From positions 115,878,001 through 115,942,000 of the forward strand of contig NC_042997.1 of NCBI RefSeq assembly GCF_006345805.1: a stretch of DNA of 64,000 nt, given 5' to 3'. Of the stretch, positions 1 to 12,965 are shown one piece after another. The translations under genes and the position numbers were made by a program. Below the pieces are notes generated by a model. That model had not been told where the DNA came from. It was given only the letters and a program-made list of their open reading frames with translations, and did no database searches. Each line of letters begins with the position of its first letter. Within the stretch, counting starts at the first letter, position 1. This DNA comes from Octopus sinensis (taxonomy: Eukaryota).

Positions 1-363
1 CAGAACGTAACGTTTCTGCCAGCTCTCCGCCTTACATTACACATTTGTATACGACTAGCTTATTTTAGTTTCCGTCTACAGGTTCACAGGTAAAAAAAAT
101 ATGGTTCAGAAGCATTGTTCTAAATTTACGAATAGCGATAATTTGGTAAAAATTACTTTAAAAATTCCAGTTGTTCTTACAAAATATTCCTAGGTTCACA
201 ATTTCGCTTGCTTCCCTAGGATTGATAAAGGTACTAAAATTAAGCTAAAATTTCCAGTTGTGCATCTGTTTGTAACGTTGCAATTACACCTGGGTGTTAT
301 TAGAGCTCCATGTTCTGCTTTACGGGTGACTAGAGGGAATGAGTATGGTTATATTTTGCAGGT

Positions 364-678
364 GGAGGCGCAATGGCCCAGTGGTTAGGGCAGCAGACTC
401 GCGGTCGGAGGATCGCGATTTCGATTCCCAGATCGGGCGTTGTGTGTGTTTATTGAGCGAAAACACCTAAAGCTCCACGAGGCTCAGGCAGGGGGTGGTG
501 CCGACCCCTGTTGTACTCTTTCGCCCCAACTCTCTCTCACTCTTTCTTCCTGTTTCTTGAGTAACGCTGCGATGGACTGGCATCCCGTCCAGCTGGGGGG
601 AACACATACGCTATAGAAACCGGGAAACCGGGCCTATGAGCCTGGTTAGGCATGAAAAGGGCGCATAAATAAATAAAT
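364..678 (+). mobile_element. tRNA-derived SINE family B
   Basis: Head ggaggcgcaatggcccagtggttagggcagc..ttcgattccc with A/B boxes and a (TAAA)n tail. The head matches 3982 (-) and a fragment at about 12355. Confidence 0.85.
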
Positions 679-1094
679 ATATTTTGCAGACTTCGTAATA
701 GTGATCCTCAAGATTGATAGAGTATTTTCTCCATCCAACAGTCACCACATCTATATCGACAAATCCAACATAGTATCAGTACTAAACGGAAGTTTTAACT
801 GCTGAATGTTTGAGTGAGAAACTAGCTCGGGAACAGAACAGGTGTAATGCAGACGGCCATATCTTCATCTCGTTCTTGTAACCGCGATTAGATGATTTAT
901 GATGTAAAATGTTAGAGGGCTAAGCTCGTGTCAGAAGCAGATTGGATGGATATATTGATAAATGTTCAAGAACTGGGTAATCTACACTAAACAAGTTCCA
1001 TGCCATCTTAATAAAATAAGAGGAAAATGGCAAGTTCCTTTTATATCAGTTTACAGAATGAAGTATGAACTTTTGGCCATTTATGTTTCGAAAC

Positions 1095-1290
1095 TGTTGT
1101 CGTTGTTGTTGTTGTTATTATTTAACACCCGGCCAGCTCGGATTGAGCAGGCTATGATCACAAACGTTCTAACTGTGACCATCCCATTCAATTTGTCCAG
1201 TGTGTTCCTTATCTTTAAAGTATGTAGTGTTAGATTTGAGGGAGATTTGGTTGCTATATCTAGCAAGTCGAGCGCCCATGTAGGGGATCC
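1095..1290 (-). repeat. Dispersed repeat family E with (AAC)n tail (related pieces at about 5050-5110, 19090-19352, 50840-50930)
   Basis: Shared motif gatttgagggagatttggctgctatttctagc. Confidence 0.7.
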
Positions 1291-1335
1291 GTTAGTGTTA
1301 AGAAGTGGTCCACTCTATTATTTTCTTTTGTATAT

Positions 1336-1548
1336 AAGGCGGCGAGCTGGCAGAATCGTTAGCACGCTGGGCAAAATACTTAGCGGTATTTCGCCCATTT
1401 CTACGTCCTGAGTTCAAATTCCGCCGAGGTCAACTTTGTCTTTCATCCTTTCGGGACGATAAATCAAGTACCAGTGAAGCACGGGGGTCGATGTAATCGA
1501 CTAGTCCCCTCCTCACAAATTTGAGGACTTGTGCCTCTACAAGAAAGG
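1336..1548 (+). mobile_element. tRNA-derived SINE family A, monomer
   Basis: Head aaggcggcgagctggcagaatcg (A box), B box gagttcaaattcc, central ctttcatcctttcgg..gataaa..aagtaccag. More than 15 copies occur in the window. Confidence 0.9.
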
Positions 1549-1819
1549 ATCACTTTCATTTGTATATGTTGCTTATGCTTCAATCTGGGGGCTTGATATT
1601 CTTCAACGAGTACCCAAACGTTTTTCTATGATTTTTGTGTCCGTTATTTCAACCATTTTATGCTTCTTGTGTCAGCCATGTTTAAATTTGGGAAAATCAT
1701 AAGTGTTTCTTCATTTTCTGTATGAAGGATTTCATTACTAAATGTCTTCTTCTTCTTCTTCTTAAGACATCAAGGTATGATTTGAGTGAGTCTTGGCTCA
1801 ATAAACTCTACTATGCACG

Positions 1820-1862
<43 letters not shown>

Positions 1863-2483
1863 GCATGCATGTATGTATGTGTATGCGTGTATATGTGTGT
1901 GTGTATGTATGCGTTGGGTGTCTTAAAAGTGTCTATGCATTTTTTGGCTTATGCTGTCTCATATGTGTGTGTGCGTGCGTATGCTTACGTGCATGTGTAT
2001 GTGTGTGCGCATATGTCTGTGTGAAAGTGTGCGTACGTATGTGTGTGTGCATATACATGTGTGTATGTGTATATGTGTGCATGTATGCCTGTGTGCATGT
2101 ATGTATGTGTATATGTGCGCATGTGTGTGTATGCGTGCTTGTGTGTGTGTGTGTGTGTGCGCGGAGGAACTAGTTTCAGCACATTTCGTGAGTTGTGAAA
2201 CGGCGTCTCTAATGCCATCACTACCAAAGATTCCGTGTCTCATTCCTTGATGATGATGATGATGATGATAGCAGTGATGATTGTGTCTGTTGGTGGTGAG
2301 AACGATGACGACGACGACGATGATGATGATGATGAAAATGATAACGACGACGATGGCGGCGATAATAATGATGATGGTGACGTAATAGTGATGTCATGAT
2401 AATGACTACTACTACGACGACGACGACAATGTGGATAATGTGAAGTTAATGATGATGCTACGATGTAACTTGATGAAGCGACT

Positions 2484-2878
2484 CTCTTTTACTTGTTTCA
2501 GTCATTTGACTGTGGCCATGCTGGATCACCGCCTTTAGTCAAGCAAATCGATTTATTCTTTGTAAGCCTAGTACTTATTCTATCGTATCTTTTGCCGAAC
2601 CGCTAAGTTACGGGGACGTAAACACACCAGCATCGGTTGTCAAGCGATGTTGGGGGGTCAAACACAGACACGCACACAAACACTCACACACACACACACA
2701 CACACATATATATACATATATTTGACGGGCGTCTTTCAGTTTCCATCTACCAAATCCACTCACCAGGCTTTGGTCAGCCCGATGCTATAGTAGAAGACAA
2801 TTGCCGAAGGTGCCACGTAGTGGGACTGAACCCTGAACCATGTGGTTGGTAAGCAAGCTACTTACCACACAGCCACTT
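2484..2878 (-). mobile_element. tRNA-derived SINE family C (internal microsatellite)
   Basis: Head gtggctgtgtggtaagtagcttgc, ggttcagtcccac, ggcaccttgggcaa; internal (TA/TG)n; tail cggcaaaagagaccgatagaataagtactaggc. Confidence 0.88.
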
Positions 2879-2933
2879 CTACGCCTATGTAACTACAAAG
2901 TGATTGCCGTGCTCCAGGTGAAGTCGAGGGAGG

Positions 2934-3034
2934 AGGTAAAGAATACGTACACCACCAGGTTTCGGCGTAACAAAAACTCTAAAACTAATCCGAAACCCGA
3001 AACCCTAACCACCGGGTGTACGTATTCTTTACCT
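2934..3034. repeat. Mini inverted-repeat element
   Basis: Perfect 20-bp IR aggtaaagaatacgtacacc / ggtgtacgtattctttacct around a spacer containing ctaatccgaaacccgaaaccctaacc. Confidence 0.85.
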
Positions 3035-3595
3035 TCGCCAAGTCGAAACGACCCTTGACAACATTGAATAACATCAACGTGCTCCTCTCGTCAGTTCGAA
3101 GATGGCAAAAGCACGTCTAGAATAACAGCATATGTTTTCCTAGTAAGAGAAACATGGGAAGGTTTGCGCTTCGTTGCTGTTCGACTATCAACACAACACT
3201 TGAGACGTTGTTTCTTGCTGCGAGGGGAAACATGTTACGATATGTTACACCGGCTCTGCTGGCGTTGCTGTTGCTTGAAAACCATTGTCAGGCGGTGTGT
3301 TGGTGTGTATGTGTGTGACTGTGTGTGTGTGTGTGTGCGTGTGAGTAAGTGCGTTTGTGAGTTTGTGTGTGTGTGTGAGTTTGTGTGCGAGTGTGTGAGT
3401 TTGTGTGCGTTTGTGAGTGTGAGTGCGTTTATATGTGTATGTGTGTGTGTGCGTGCGTTTGTGTTTGTGTGTGTGTGCGAGTGTGTGTATGTCTGTGTGT
3501 CTGTGTGTCTGTGTGCGTGCGTTTGTGTGTGTGATGCCATTATATGTATTATATGTGAATTTGTCTTTGCACGACATACATGGGTAGTACAAATC

Positions 3596-3982
3596 GTGGC
3601 ACTCCGTCGGTTGCGACGACGAGAGTTCCAGTTGGTCCGATCAACGGAACAGCCTGCTCGTGAAATTAATGTGCATGTGGCTGAGCACTCCACAGACACG
3701 CGAACGTCTAACGTAGTTCTCGGGGAGATTCAGCGTGACACAGGGTGTGATAAGGCTGGCCCTTTGAAATACAGGTACAACAGAAACAGGAAGAAAGACT
3801 TAGAGAAAGTTGTGGTGGAAGGGTACAGCAAGGTTCGCCACCACCACTACCCCCTGCCGGAGACTCGTGGAGCTTTAGGTGTCTTCGCTCAATAAACACT
3901 CACAACGCCCGGTCTGGGAATCGAAACAGCGACCCTTTGACCGTGAGTCCGCTGCCCTAACCACTGGGCCATTGCGCCTCCC
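3596..3982 (-). mobile_element. SINE family B with a different, longer 3' part
   Basis: The first ~170 nt match 364-540 in reverse complement, then the 3' tail diverges. Confidence 0.85.
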
Positions 3983-4088
3983 CAGTAGAACAAATAGACG
4001 TTACACTTACATACACATAGACACACACGTATACACGCACAGATACACATACATGTATATATTAATATATATATACACTTATACATAA

Positions 4089-4472
4089 CTAGCAGTATCG
4101 CCCGGCGTTGCTCAGGTTTGTAAGGGAAATAACTATAAAGCATTTTTAGAGAGTTATAGCCAAAAAATAGCAAAAAAATGGAAAAAAAATGATGGTAAAT
4201 TTTTTTTGAGAGTTAAAAAAGGTGGAGTTGCGTCCCCTAGACGGTCTGTGGTTTGGGTTTCTGATTCTCGACCCCATGTCGAATTTATCGATTTTTTTCA
4301 GAACTGGGGGAACTTTTCAAAATTTTCGCTGCGTTAGTTTTGAATTATGACATTGGGCTATGTGTGTGTCAAGTTTCATCAGAATCGGTTGAAAGCCGTG
4401 GTCAGAGTGAGGGTACGAGAAAACAGACACACAGAAAACGCACAGACAAACTGCCGTTTATATAGAGAGAGA
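4089..4472 (-). mobile_element. Non-autonomous Helitron
   Basis: On the - strand: A|TC 5' end, subterminal hairpin cctgagcaacgccggg, and CTAG|T 3' end. Near-identical copy at 30833. Confidence 0.8.
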
Positions 4473-4487
4473 TTATACATAAGCACA

Positions 4488-4551
<64 letters not shown>

Positions 4552-4681
4552 TGCTTACGTGCATAAATGTGCATACATATTCACACAAGTATATACAGTG
4601 GTGGCTCGTCTATAGGCACTGCGGAACTGCAGAATTCACTATAATGAATCCACTTCGATAGAATTCACTATAATGAATCCT

Positions 4682-4945
4682 AAAGGCGGCGAGCTGGCAG
4701 AAACGTTAGCACGCCGGGCGAAATGCAGAGCGGTATTTCGTCTGCCGTTATGTTCTGAGTTCAAATTCCGCCGAAGTCGACTTTGCCTTTCATCCTTTCG
4801 GAGTCGATAAATTAAGTACCAGTTACGCACGGAGGTCGATGTAATCGACTTAATCCGTTTGTCTGTCCTTGTTTGTCCTCTCTAGCCCCTTGAGGGTAGT
4901 AAAGAAATAGGTATTTCGTCTGTCCTTACGTTCTGAGTTCAAATT
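4682..4945 (+). mobile_element. SINE family A, composite form
   Basis: Full head and core, then a restart at ggtatttcgtctgtccttacgttctgagttcaaattcc. Confidence 0.88.
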
Positions 4946-5989
4946 CCTATCAAGCCAGATAAACTACTGAATCTCATAATTCTAGAAATATTTCACCCCA
5001 CATACAATACCTTAATAACCGGTCTGTATTTTTAGATAGGGTAAATTGTTGATAATTGTGTTGGACTTTGCTACTGTTTCTAGCAAATTGGTTGACCACA
5101 TAGAGAAACTATGTCGTTAACCCCAATAACGTACAACAATTAGCAGATGTGAATTTTATTTTTACACCTCTTAACTATTTTGTACAGTCACTTTGTTGTA
5201 AAAGAGCGATTACGCAATATGTACTTTAAAATACATTTTATTATCTCGTGGTTTCACATCGCATCTCCTTCTAACCATATACCTATCAATTACCTACCTA
5301 CCTACCTACCTTACCTACCTGCCTACTTAGGCTAATTTCTATTTCAACATCTTTAAGTAAACGGAATCTCAGTAAAAAGGAAAAATACAAAAAAAACAAA
5401 AAACAAAGAATAGAACAAAACAAAAAATATGACAAAATCTCAAGTTTTCTTTGTATGGAAACTGAAACAAAACTATGATCTTGGCAAAAAAATAATCGAA
5501 AAGAAAAAATAAACGAAAAATATTACGTTTTATTAATCGTACTTGCGATAAAATTGTTAATGGCGATGGCTGGTAAGATTTTATTTAGTCTACAGACTAG
5601 GGTTTGCATAATAACGTTCAAGCATTTACATAAAATTTCTGTGATTCTTTAAAATCACGGTGCATCCAGGTACTCTTTCGGCGCACCTAAGCATCATAAA
5701 AACTATTGCTTTACGCCAGCGGTGGGGATACCCCCCTCCTGCGGGCGCAATTACTGGCTGGCTGATACGCTCGTATGTACAAAATATTGTAAATTTTTCA
5801 ATTATAAATTTATACAGTATTCGTACGCCTATTTGCGACATAGGTCGCATTTCCACGGTTAGACTCGAACATTAACTCACCCGGTATTTGCTATTTTAAT
5901 GGAAATTTTGTTTTCACTATAAAACACACATTGCTAGGTTTGTACCGCCCCCTTGAGACCCAACTACACTCTAGCTGAAAAATATAGAA

Positions 5990-6381
5990 TGTCTCATAAG
6001 CAATAAAGCTGTCAGACTATTTCTGCAACCACATCACCCCTAACATCTGGCCATGTAACTACCCAGACTACAAACGCCTTTATTATGTGTGGGTTGCAGT
6101 TGAGCGAGAGACCAACAAAACTCCTTGTAACACCAAAGATGTACTGAAGGCAAGGATTATGGCAGCATTCACCACTTAAACAGGGAGACCGTCCAGAAAA
6201 GTGACGGGAGATTCCGAAGCCGTCTGGAGGCCGTGGTTGAAGTCAATGGCGATTTTATTGAATTCCTTAGTATTTCAAGATATTTTTATGTAATTTTGAT
6301 AAATATATCTTTTAAAATGAGATGCCAGTGTTATTTTAATTTTTGCGTAATTTAGGCGACAGTTTATTCACCGTACCCTGT
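5990..6381 (+). mobile_element. Tc1/mariner (maT/DD37D-like) transposase 3' fragment with right TIR
   Basis: Degenerate HITPNIWP..YYVWVAVERETNKTPCNTKDVLKARIMAAF..RFRSRLEAVVEVNGDFIE, ending ttcaccgtaccctg. Confidence 0.85.
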
Positions 6382-6390
6382 GTGTGTGTG

Positions 6391-6440
<50 letters not shown>

Positions 6441-6538
6441 GTATGATTGTGTATAGAAGAATATATTACTCAAAGAAACGTTTTATTTACAATCTTATAG
6501 TAATCTAATGAAATGATAGAATATTAAATGTGCATTCT

Positions 6539-6590
6539 GACTGAACTAGTACTTTCATGCTTTAAACTATGCAATCTTCAGGTTCATGTC
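6539..6590 (-). ncRNA. Predicted minimal type-I hammerhead ribozyme
   Basis: gac-a-ugaac CUGAAGA uugc-auaguuuaaa-gcau GAAA guac UA| guuca-guc: 5+3-bp stem I and palindromic AGUACU stem III. Confidence 0.7.
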
Positions 6591-6680
6591 GTAGTTGTGG
6601 CGACAATTATGTTCTACATTTTGCAATTGTACAGTTGTGACAGTTGTAAATTGTAAAACATAACTGTCACCATCGGTACA

Positions 6681-7146
6681 GGCGTGGCTGCGTGGTAAGA
6701 AGCTTGCTTGCCGACCACACACACACACATAGTGTTAAGTGTGGTGTAATATATATATATATATAGACGCAGAAGTGGCTGTGTGGTAAGAAGCTTGCTT
6801 ACCAACCACATGGTTCCGGGTTCAGTCCCACTGCGTGGCACCTTGGGCGAATATCTTCTACTATAGCCTCGGTCGACCAGAGCCTTGTGAGTGGATTTGG
6901 TAGACGGAAACTGAAAGAAGCCCGTCGTATATATGTATATGTGTGTGTGTGTGTGTCTGTTTGTCCCCCAACATCGCTTGACAACCGATAATGGTGTGTT
7001 TACGTCCCCGTAACTAAGCGGTTCGGCAAAAGACACCGATAGAATAAGTACTAGGCTTACAAAGAATAATTCCTGGTGTCGATTTGCTCGACTAAAGGCT
7101 GTGTTCCAGCATGGCCGCAGTCAAAGGATTGAAACAAAAAAGAGAA
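6681..7146 (+). mobile_element. SINE C with duplicated head
   Basis: Heads at about 6681 and 6770, followed by a complete body and tail. Confidence 0.88.
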
Positions 7147-7775
7147 AGAGATATATATCATGATTATTACTCCATTTTACAGACCCGTCTGAAACGATCC
7201 ATTCCTCTCACTTGCATCGAATTTATATTTTGCCCCCATCGCCCCTCGAAGCTTTATCATCTCCGTATTCTGAAAAAAGCGAAAATTGAGGAACTTGGAG
7301 CGTAAGGGTAGGGAGGGTGAGAATTAAAATTTTCAAATGCCTTTTTTTTCTTTGCAGAATCAGAATCTCCATATTCGAAAATGGGGGATCTTGTAAAAAA
7401 AAAAAAAAAAAGAAAAAAAAAGGGGGTGCGCATTCTTTACGTTCCACCTTAATACTTTGCTTCCATTTGTTAGATATAGAAACAAATGAGACGAATTGAA
7501 TACAATGCGATAGATACGAGGCGAATTCCACGGGGCTAGTGTTTGAATACCAACGACTGAATCCCTTAATTTGAATTAGGTACCAGTAATGTACTGGGGA
7601 GAAGGAGATAATGCTTAATCATCTGCAATCACCAAAATATGTTTTCATGCGTCAAACGTTAGGTGTCTATCATTTAGAACGGCCATGTTGACCTTCATAG
7701 ATTAATACGTACATGGCGACTACGCCGACAACCCCCACTACTACTACTACTACTAATTATATGTATATATGTATG

Positions 7776-7807
<32 letters not shown>

Positions 7808-7845
7808 ATATATATCCAAACATACATATATATATGTGTATGTAT

Positions 7846-7877
<32 letters not shown>

Positions 7878-8181
7878 GTGAGAATTTACAAAAAGACGAA
7901 AACGGGAGCAAAATCAGGATGTATATGTGTATGCGTGCGTGTACACTCACATACACATAAATGTACATACATATAATGAAGTAACAAGACAAACTAGTGA
8001 AGAGCGAACCGTCACCCTCTCAAATTTTTCTGACATCTGAAGTTTTATCTCAGTGACAGAAGGGAATGCAGCGGAGAAGGAATGAAGTGAGGAACACGGG
8101 AAAAGAAGGAAGGAGGGGTGGGTGTTGTACACACACGTTTCTGTAAGCTGTGTGCATATGTTTCCGTGATTGTGTATGTGC

Positions 8182-8237
<56 letters not shown>

Positions 8238-8335
8238 CCGTATAATGTGTACAGAGATAAACATGTAGATAGATAGATCGATAGATAGATAGACAGACAT
8301 GCAGACAAGAAGACAGACAGGTTGATTTAGACATA

Positions 8336-8568
8336 CAGTAATCTCTCGACTATCGCGGGTGTTACGTTCCAAAACCTCCCACAGAAATAATTAAAATTGT
8401 AAAAATATAAATACTTATCGGCCGCAGAAACCCGCGATATACTGAGGAGTCCGTGATATAAATTTACATATATTAGCCAGAAAAAAAATCCACGTTGTAC
8501 TGAGTGTAGGTGAACGGTGATGTACTACTTGCGCGATAAGTGAACCGCGATATGCCGAGGGATTACTG
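8336..8568. mobile_element. Tigger/pogo-like MITE
   Basis: TA|cagtaatctctcgactatcgcgg ... ccgcgatatgccgagggattactg|TA: ~23-bp TIRs with a TA target-site duplication. Confidence 0.88.
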
Positions 8569-8637
8569 TATCTAGATAATCAGACAGGTAAATAGATAGA
8601 TAGATATATATATAGATAGAGATAGATAGATAGATAA

Positions 8638-8674
<37 letters not shown>

Positions 8675-9089
8675 CTTGATAGATTAGATAGATAGACAGA
8701 TAAGGTAGGCAGATACACGCACGCATGGATAAGTTAGATTAATAGAATTAACGAAGCACGGGATATCAAGGGATACTGTGACTCGCTTCATGGCTGATAA
8801 TCTTTCTTAATCTTCTTTCATCTTCTGAAAGAGATGTTAGCGAGATTAGTAAATAGCAATGTGTTGTATATGTGTGTGTTGTTGTGTATCTGTTTGTTTG
8901 TGTGTGCGCGCGCATGCGTTTTTATTTGTAGGTGTGTAGTTTGTTTGCGTGTGTGTGTGCGTTTCCATTAAATATCGGACTAGTTTGCTAGATTGTAAAT
9001 ACGAGACGGTCAAAGTTATATTCGTTCCAAATTTTAGCACAAGGCTAGCAATTACGGGATGGAGGGGCAAGTCGTTTACATTGTCCCCT

Positions 9090-9390
9090 GTGCTCATCTG
9101 CTTCTTATTTTATCGATTCCAAAAGGATGAAAGGCAAAGTCGACCTTGGCCGAATTTGAACTCGGAAAGTAAAGACGGACGAAATGCTTAGCGGTATTTC
9201 GTCTGCCGCTATGTTCTGAGTTCAAATTCCGCCGAGGTCCACTTTGCCTTTCATCCTTTCAGGGGTCGATTAAATAAGTACCAGTTACTCACTGGGGTCA
9301 ATATAATCGACTTAATCCATTTGTCTGTCCTTGTTTGTCCTCTCTGTGTTTAGCCCCTTGTGGGTAGTAAAGAAATAAGTATTTCGTCAG
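9090..9390. mobile_element. Two back-to-back SINE A fragments (- 9090-9190, + 9187-9390)
   Basis: The same core sequence appears in both orientations. Confidence 0.8.
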
Positions 9391-9712
9391 CTCGTTGCCT
9401 TAATGGTGAAAGCAATATTAAAGCGTTTCACCGACTGGCTTCTTGTTCAGGGGTAATGATGTGATCTCGGTCACGTATATGTGATAGAAACCGGGTTACA
9501 GGCCCTATCATTCTTGGCCCTTGAGACAGCAATAGCCAATATTTGAAGATGATGAAGAGTCACATGCTAAGTACTATTCCTGTAAAATTTTTCTATCTGT
9601 TTCCCAAGAATATATCACAGTTTCTGTGTGCCTCACAAGCGCACCTCCTCAATCTCTACCGCTGCCAACTATCGACCAATCACCCTCTCTTCCAATATCC
9701 CAAAATTTACAT

Positions 9713-10041
9713 TATTTACAATGGACGGATAGGTATCCTCATTGTCTTTGTTGTTACCACAACGTTTCGGCTGATGTACTCTCCAGACTTCATCAGGTGT
9801 TCTGGTGCAATTTCGAACCCAATCCTTTATTTGACTAACGGAATACACTGTCCACATTCCTTAGGTATATTGCTGATGTTATTTTTTAATATTATTTTTC
9901 AAGACCCTGACTGGGAGTGAGCTTGGAATCCGTGTATTAGTAGCCCGCGCTCCTGAACATCTGATGAAGGCTGGAGAGTAAATCAGCCGAAACATTGTGA
10001 TAACAACAAACAAGATGATACATATCCGTCCATTGTAAATA
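9713..10041. mobile_element. Same family as 28570-28808, with inverted ~88-bp hammerhead-containing ends
   Basis: 9713-9802 and 9955-10041 are inverted repeats, each with CUGAUGA..GAAAC; a truncated tRNA head and linker lie between them. Confidence 0.8.
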
Positions 10042-10141
10042 AGGTACATAATCCCTCATTCCAAAAATATAGAATAGTATCGCAAAATTTGTTTAAAATA
10101 TCGTCTCCTTCATTACTATGAATGAGTCCGGCTTCCTCAAC

Positions 10142-11000
10142 AGGCGTGGCTGAGTCGTACAGCCATACAGTTGGTTCTTGGTTCAGATCCACTGTTATGC
10201 ACTTTTTGATAGCGTCTTCTACTATAGTCTCGATGCAACCAAAGCCTTGTGAATAGATTTGGGAAACGAAAACTGAAAGAAGCCCGTCGTACATTCTCTT
10301 ATTCTTTTATTTGTTTCAGTCATTTGACTACAGCCATACTGGAGCACCGCCTTTAGTCGAACGAATCTACTCCAAGATTTATTCTTTGTAAGCCTAGTAT
10401 TTATTCTATCGTTCTTTGTAAGCCTAGTACTTATTCTATCGGTCTCTTTGGCTGAACCGCTATGTTACGGGGACGTAAACACACCAACATTGGTTTTCAA
10501 ACGATGTTGGGGTGACAAACACAAACACACAAATACACACACACATATATATATATATGACGGGCTTCTTTCAGTTTCCGTCTACCAAATCCACTCAAGG
10601 CTTTGATCAGCCCGAGGCTATAGTAGAAGACATTTGCTCAAGGTGCTACGCAGTGGGACTGAACCCGGAACCATGTGGTTGGTAAGCAAGCTACTTACCA
10701 CACAGCCACATACGTACATTACATTACATACATACATACATTACATACATACATTACATTACATTACATACATACATACATACATATACGTGTATGTGTG
10801 TCCTTGTGTCTGTATTTGTCTACCCCGACCACTTGAAAACTGGCGTTGGTGTATTTACACATCAGTAACCTAGCGGTTCGGCAAAAGAGGCCTGTAGGAT
10901 AGGTACGAGGTTTAATAAATACATAATGAATTCCATTCGTTCGACTAAAACCGTTCAAGGATGTGCTCCAGCATGGCTGCAATGCAGTCTAGGGACTAAA
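10142..11000. mobile_element. Cluster of SINE C pieces (+ 10142-10291, - 10300-10708, + 10790-11000)
   Basis: Family head, body and tail sequences in both orientations. Confidence 0.85.
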
Positions 11001-11298
11001 ACATGCAAGAAAAATAAATGAACAGATCAACAGGAACTATATTTCTCGCAATTTTGCTTCGTATATCTCACCACAGGCGGGGGGGTGGTGTGTTTAAGAG
11101 GCCTGGACAACCCCTCACCCACGCAACTCGTGGAAACGTAATTATCTAACATATCTCTCAAAATTTTTGTAAATTACATAGTTTATGATGTGTAAATAAT
11201 TAAATAATTGAAACCTCAATCGGTCGACCGGTCGACATACCGACTACGCCCATGTACGCAAGCTTTCTTTCACACTGGCCCCACCGACTCACACATAC

Positions 11299-11343
<45 letters not shown>

Positions 11344-11494
11344 ATATATATTATATATATATATATATATATAATATATATATATGTATATTTAAATTAT
11401 AGATTCATACGTATAATAAGCATATTTAGTCTCGCTGTGGTATTAGTCCCCGTGGATAAACACAGAAGAACATCTGCCACATGACATGAGAAGG

Positions 11495-11537
11495 GAACAA
11501 ACTAGTTTCGTGTTTCATTAAAACCTCGTCAGTGATC
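11495..11537 (-). ncRNA. Predicted minimal hammerhead, slightly decayed
   Basis: gauca CUGACGA gguuu-uaaug-aaacac GAAA cuag UU| uguuc; palindromic ACUAGU. Confidence 0.55.
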
Positions 11538-12749
11538 GTTTATCTCACCTTTCAGCTGCTGAAGTTAAGAAGCCGAGAGCTTCTTGTAGGAAATGTAAAC
11601 AAAATTATGACAGCTATAATAAAACTTGCATAATACACAATAAGTTTGACAGCGTGGCATTTGTAGTAACAACAGTTTTATTGCGGTTGTGAATGAATAC
11701 GTATGGGTATGGCGTACTTACAAATATGTTTACAGGTGCGGTGCGATTCTATTTTCAGGCAACCGCAAGCTCATCTGCTTTATTCAATGGGTCTACTATC
11801 AGAACAGCGCTAAATATATACGTATATTCGCACCCGCGTACGTATGTATGTGTATGCGCACACAATTGTCTATATTTATTTTATGTATAAACTATATATA
11901 TATATATATAATTGAAATTCAGTGGAATTAGGCACTTGAGTTGAAATACCAAGTCAGTCTGGTATTATCCGTACAACTCAAAGTAAGGTGAATAAAATCA
12001 AAATAAGCAACAGAATATCAAGCTATAATGCAGTACAACCGTTTCAAGCGACTCCATTTAATTGAACAATGCAATCATTACTTCAATTTAAATGCAAGGC
12101 TGTCCTCAGCCTCATAAATGAATAGAATTTTTTTAGCAGTTGGACACATTAATATAATTTTACTCAACTTCTCTAAGAGAGCAAGAAGAGGAAGAAAGTC
12201 CATGTTGCTCCTAATGCGACTCGGAATATACTACACTTCTAAGAACTGTTTGTTAGGGTCATAGCTTGTGGTGGTTCACTTTTAATTTATTAGTCTTTTT
12301 TTATCAACTACAAAATATAAGGCTGTATATATCCATGTTATATATCTTATTATGTGGAGGCACAATAGCTCAGTGGTTAGGGCAGCGGACTAGCGGTCGT
12401 CTAAAATTTTGGGTATAGTAACATTGCTTTTGGAGAAATAACCGGTTTCTTTTTTCTTTTCAAAATTCTCAAATTTCTTTAATTATATTATGTCATCTCT
12501 TCGCTATGTTGTGAAATATGGAGTTCCAGACAGGAGAAGGTAATCAGGGATTTTTCAGTATAAGAGAGATAATCGAAAATGTTGAGAATGACTAGGTTTT
12601 ATTAATTTAACATGATTTGGTTTAGAAAGTATAGAATGTTACAAGCTTTGCTTTATATTTTTTTCAATAAGGTAAGTTTCCTTATTAAAAAAATGTTAGA
12701 AATGATTAAGTTTTGGCTTATACTTTTCAATGAAGTAGGTTTCCTTATT

Positions 12750-12965
12750 TAATCTAACTCATGTTGGTGTTGCAATGTCACATTGATAAAATGGAAAGAT
12801 TACAAATTGTGGTAGCATTTGCTTTGCGCATTTCTCAATATGTTCGCTAAAGGGTAACATTCTGTATTCTAGGAATGCAATCTGCTGTCGGCGCAGAGTG
12901 CATCTGCGTCTGGGTGGCGGCCCGAGCATCTTATGATATAAATCAGGTTTTCTGAAGCACAAGTA
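12750..12965 (+). mobile_element. Possible highly degraded LINE post-RT fragment
   Basis: HIDKMERLQIVVAFALR..ILGMQS resembles the CR1/Jockey 'I.KLERVQ..A.R....LG..SL' region; interrupted by stops. Confidence 0.3.

Noticed and set aside
364-440. tRNA genes at SINE heads (also 24207, 28740-28806, 50500-50560, 52815)
   Set aside because: They have A/B boxes but no complete cloverleaf, and they continue into multi-copy SINE bodies.
700-960. LINE ORF1 esterase (SGNH) remnant, from HIFISFL*PRLD
   Set aside because: Similarity is limited to one short motif with several stops and cannot be supported without a search.
2980-3012. Interstitial telomere
   Set aside because: Only a few degenerate CTAACC-like units, inside a small inverted-repeat element.
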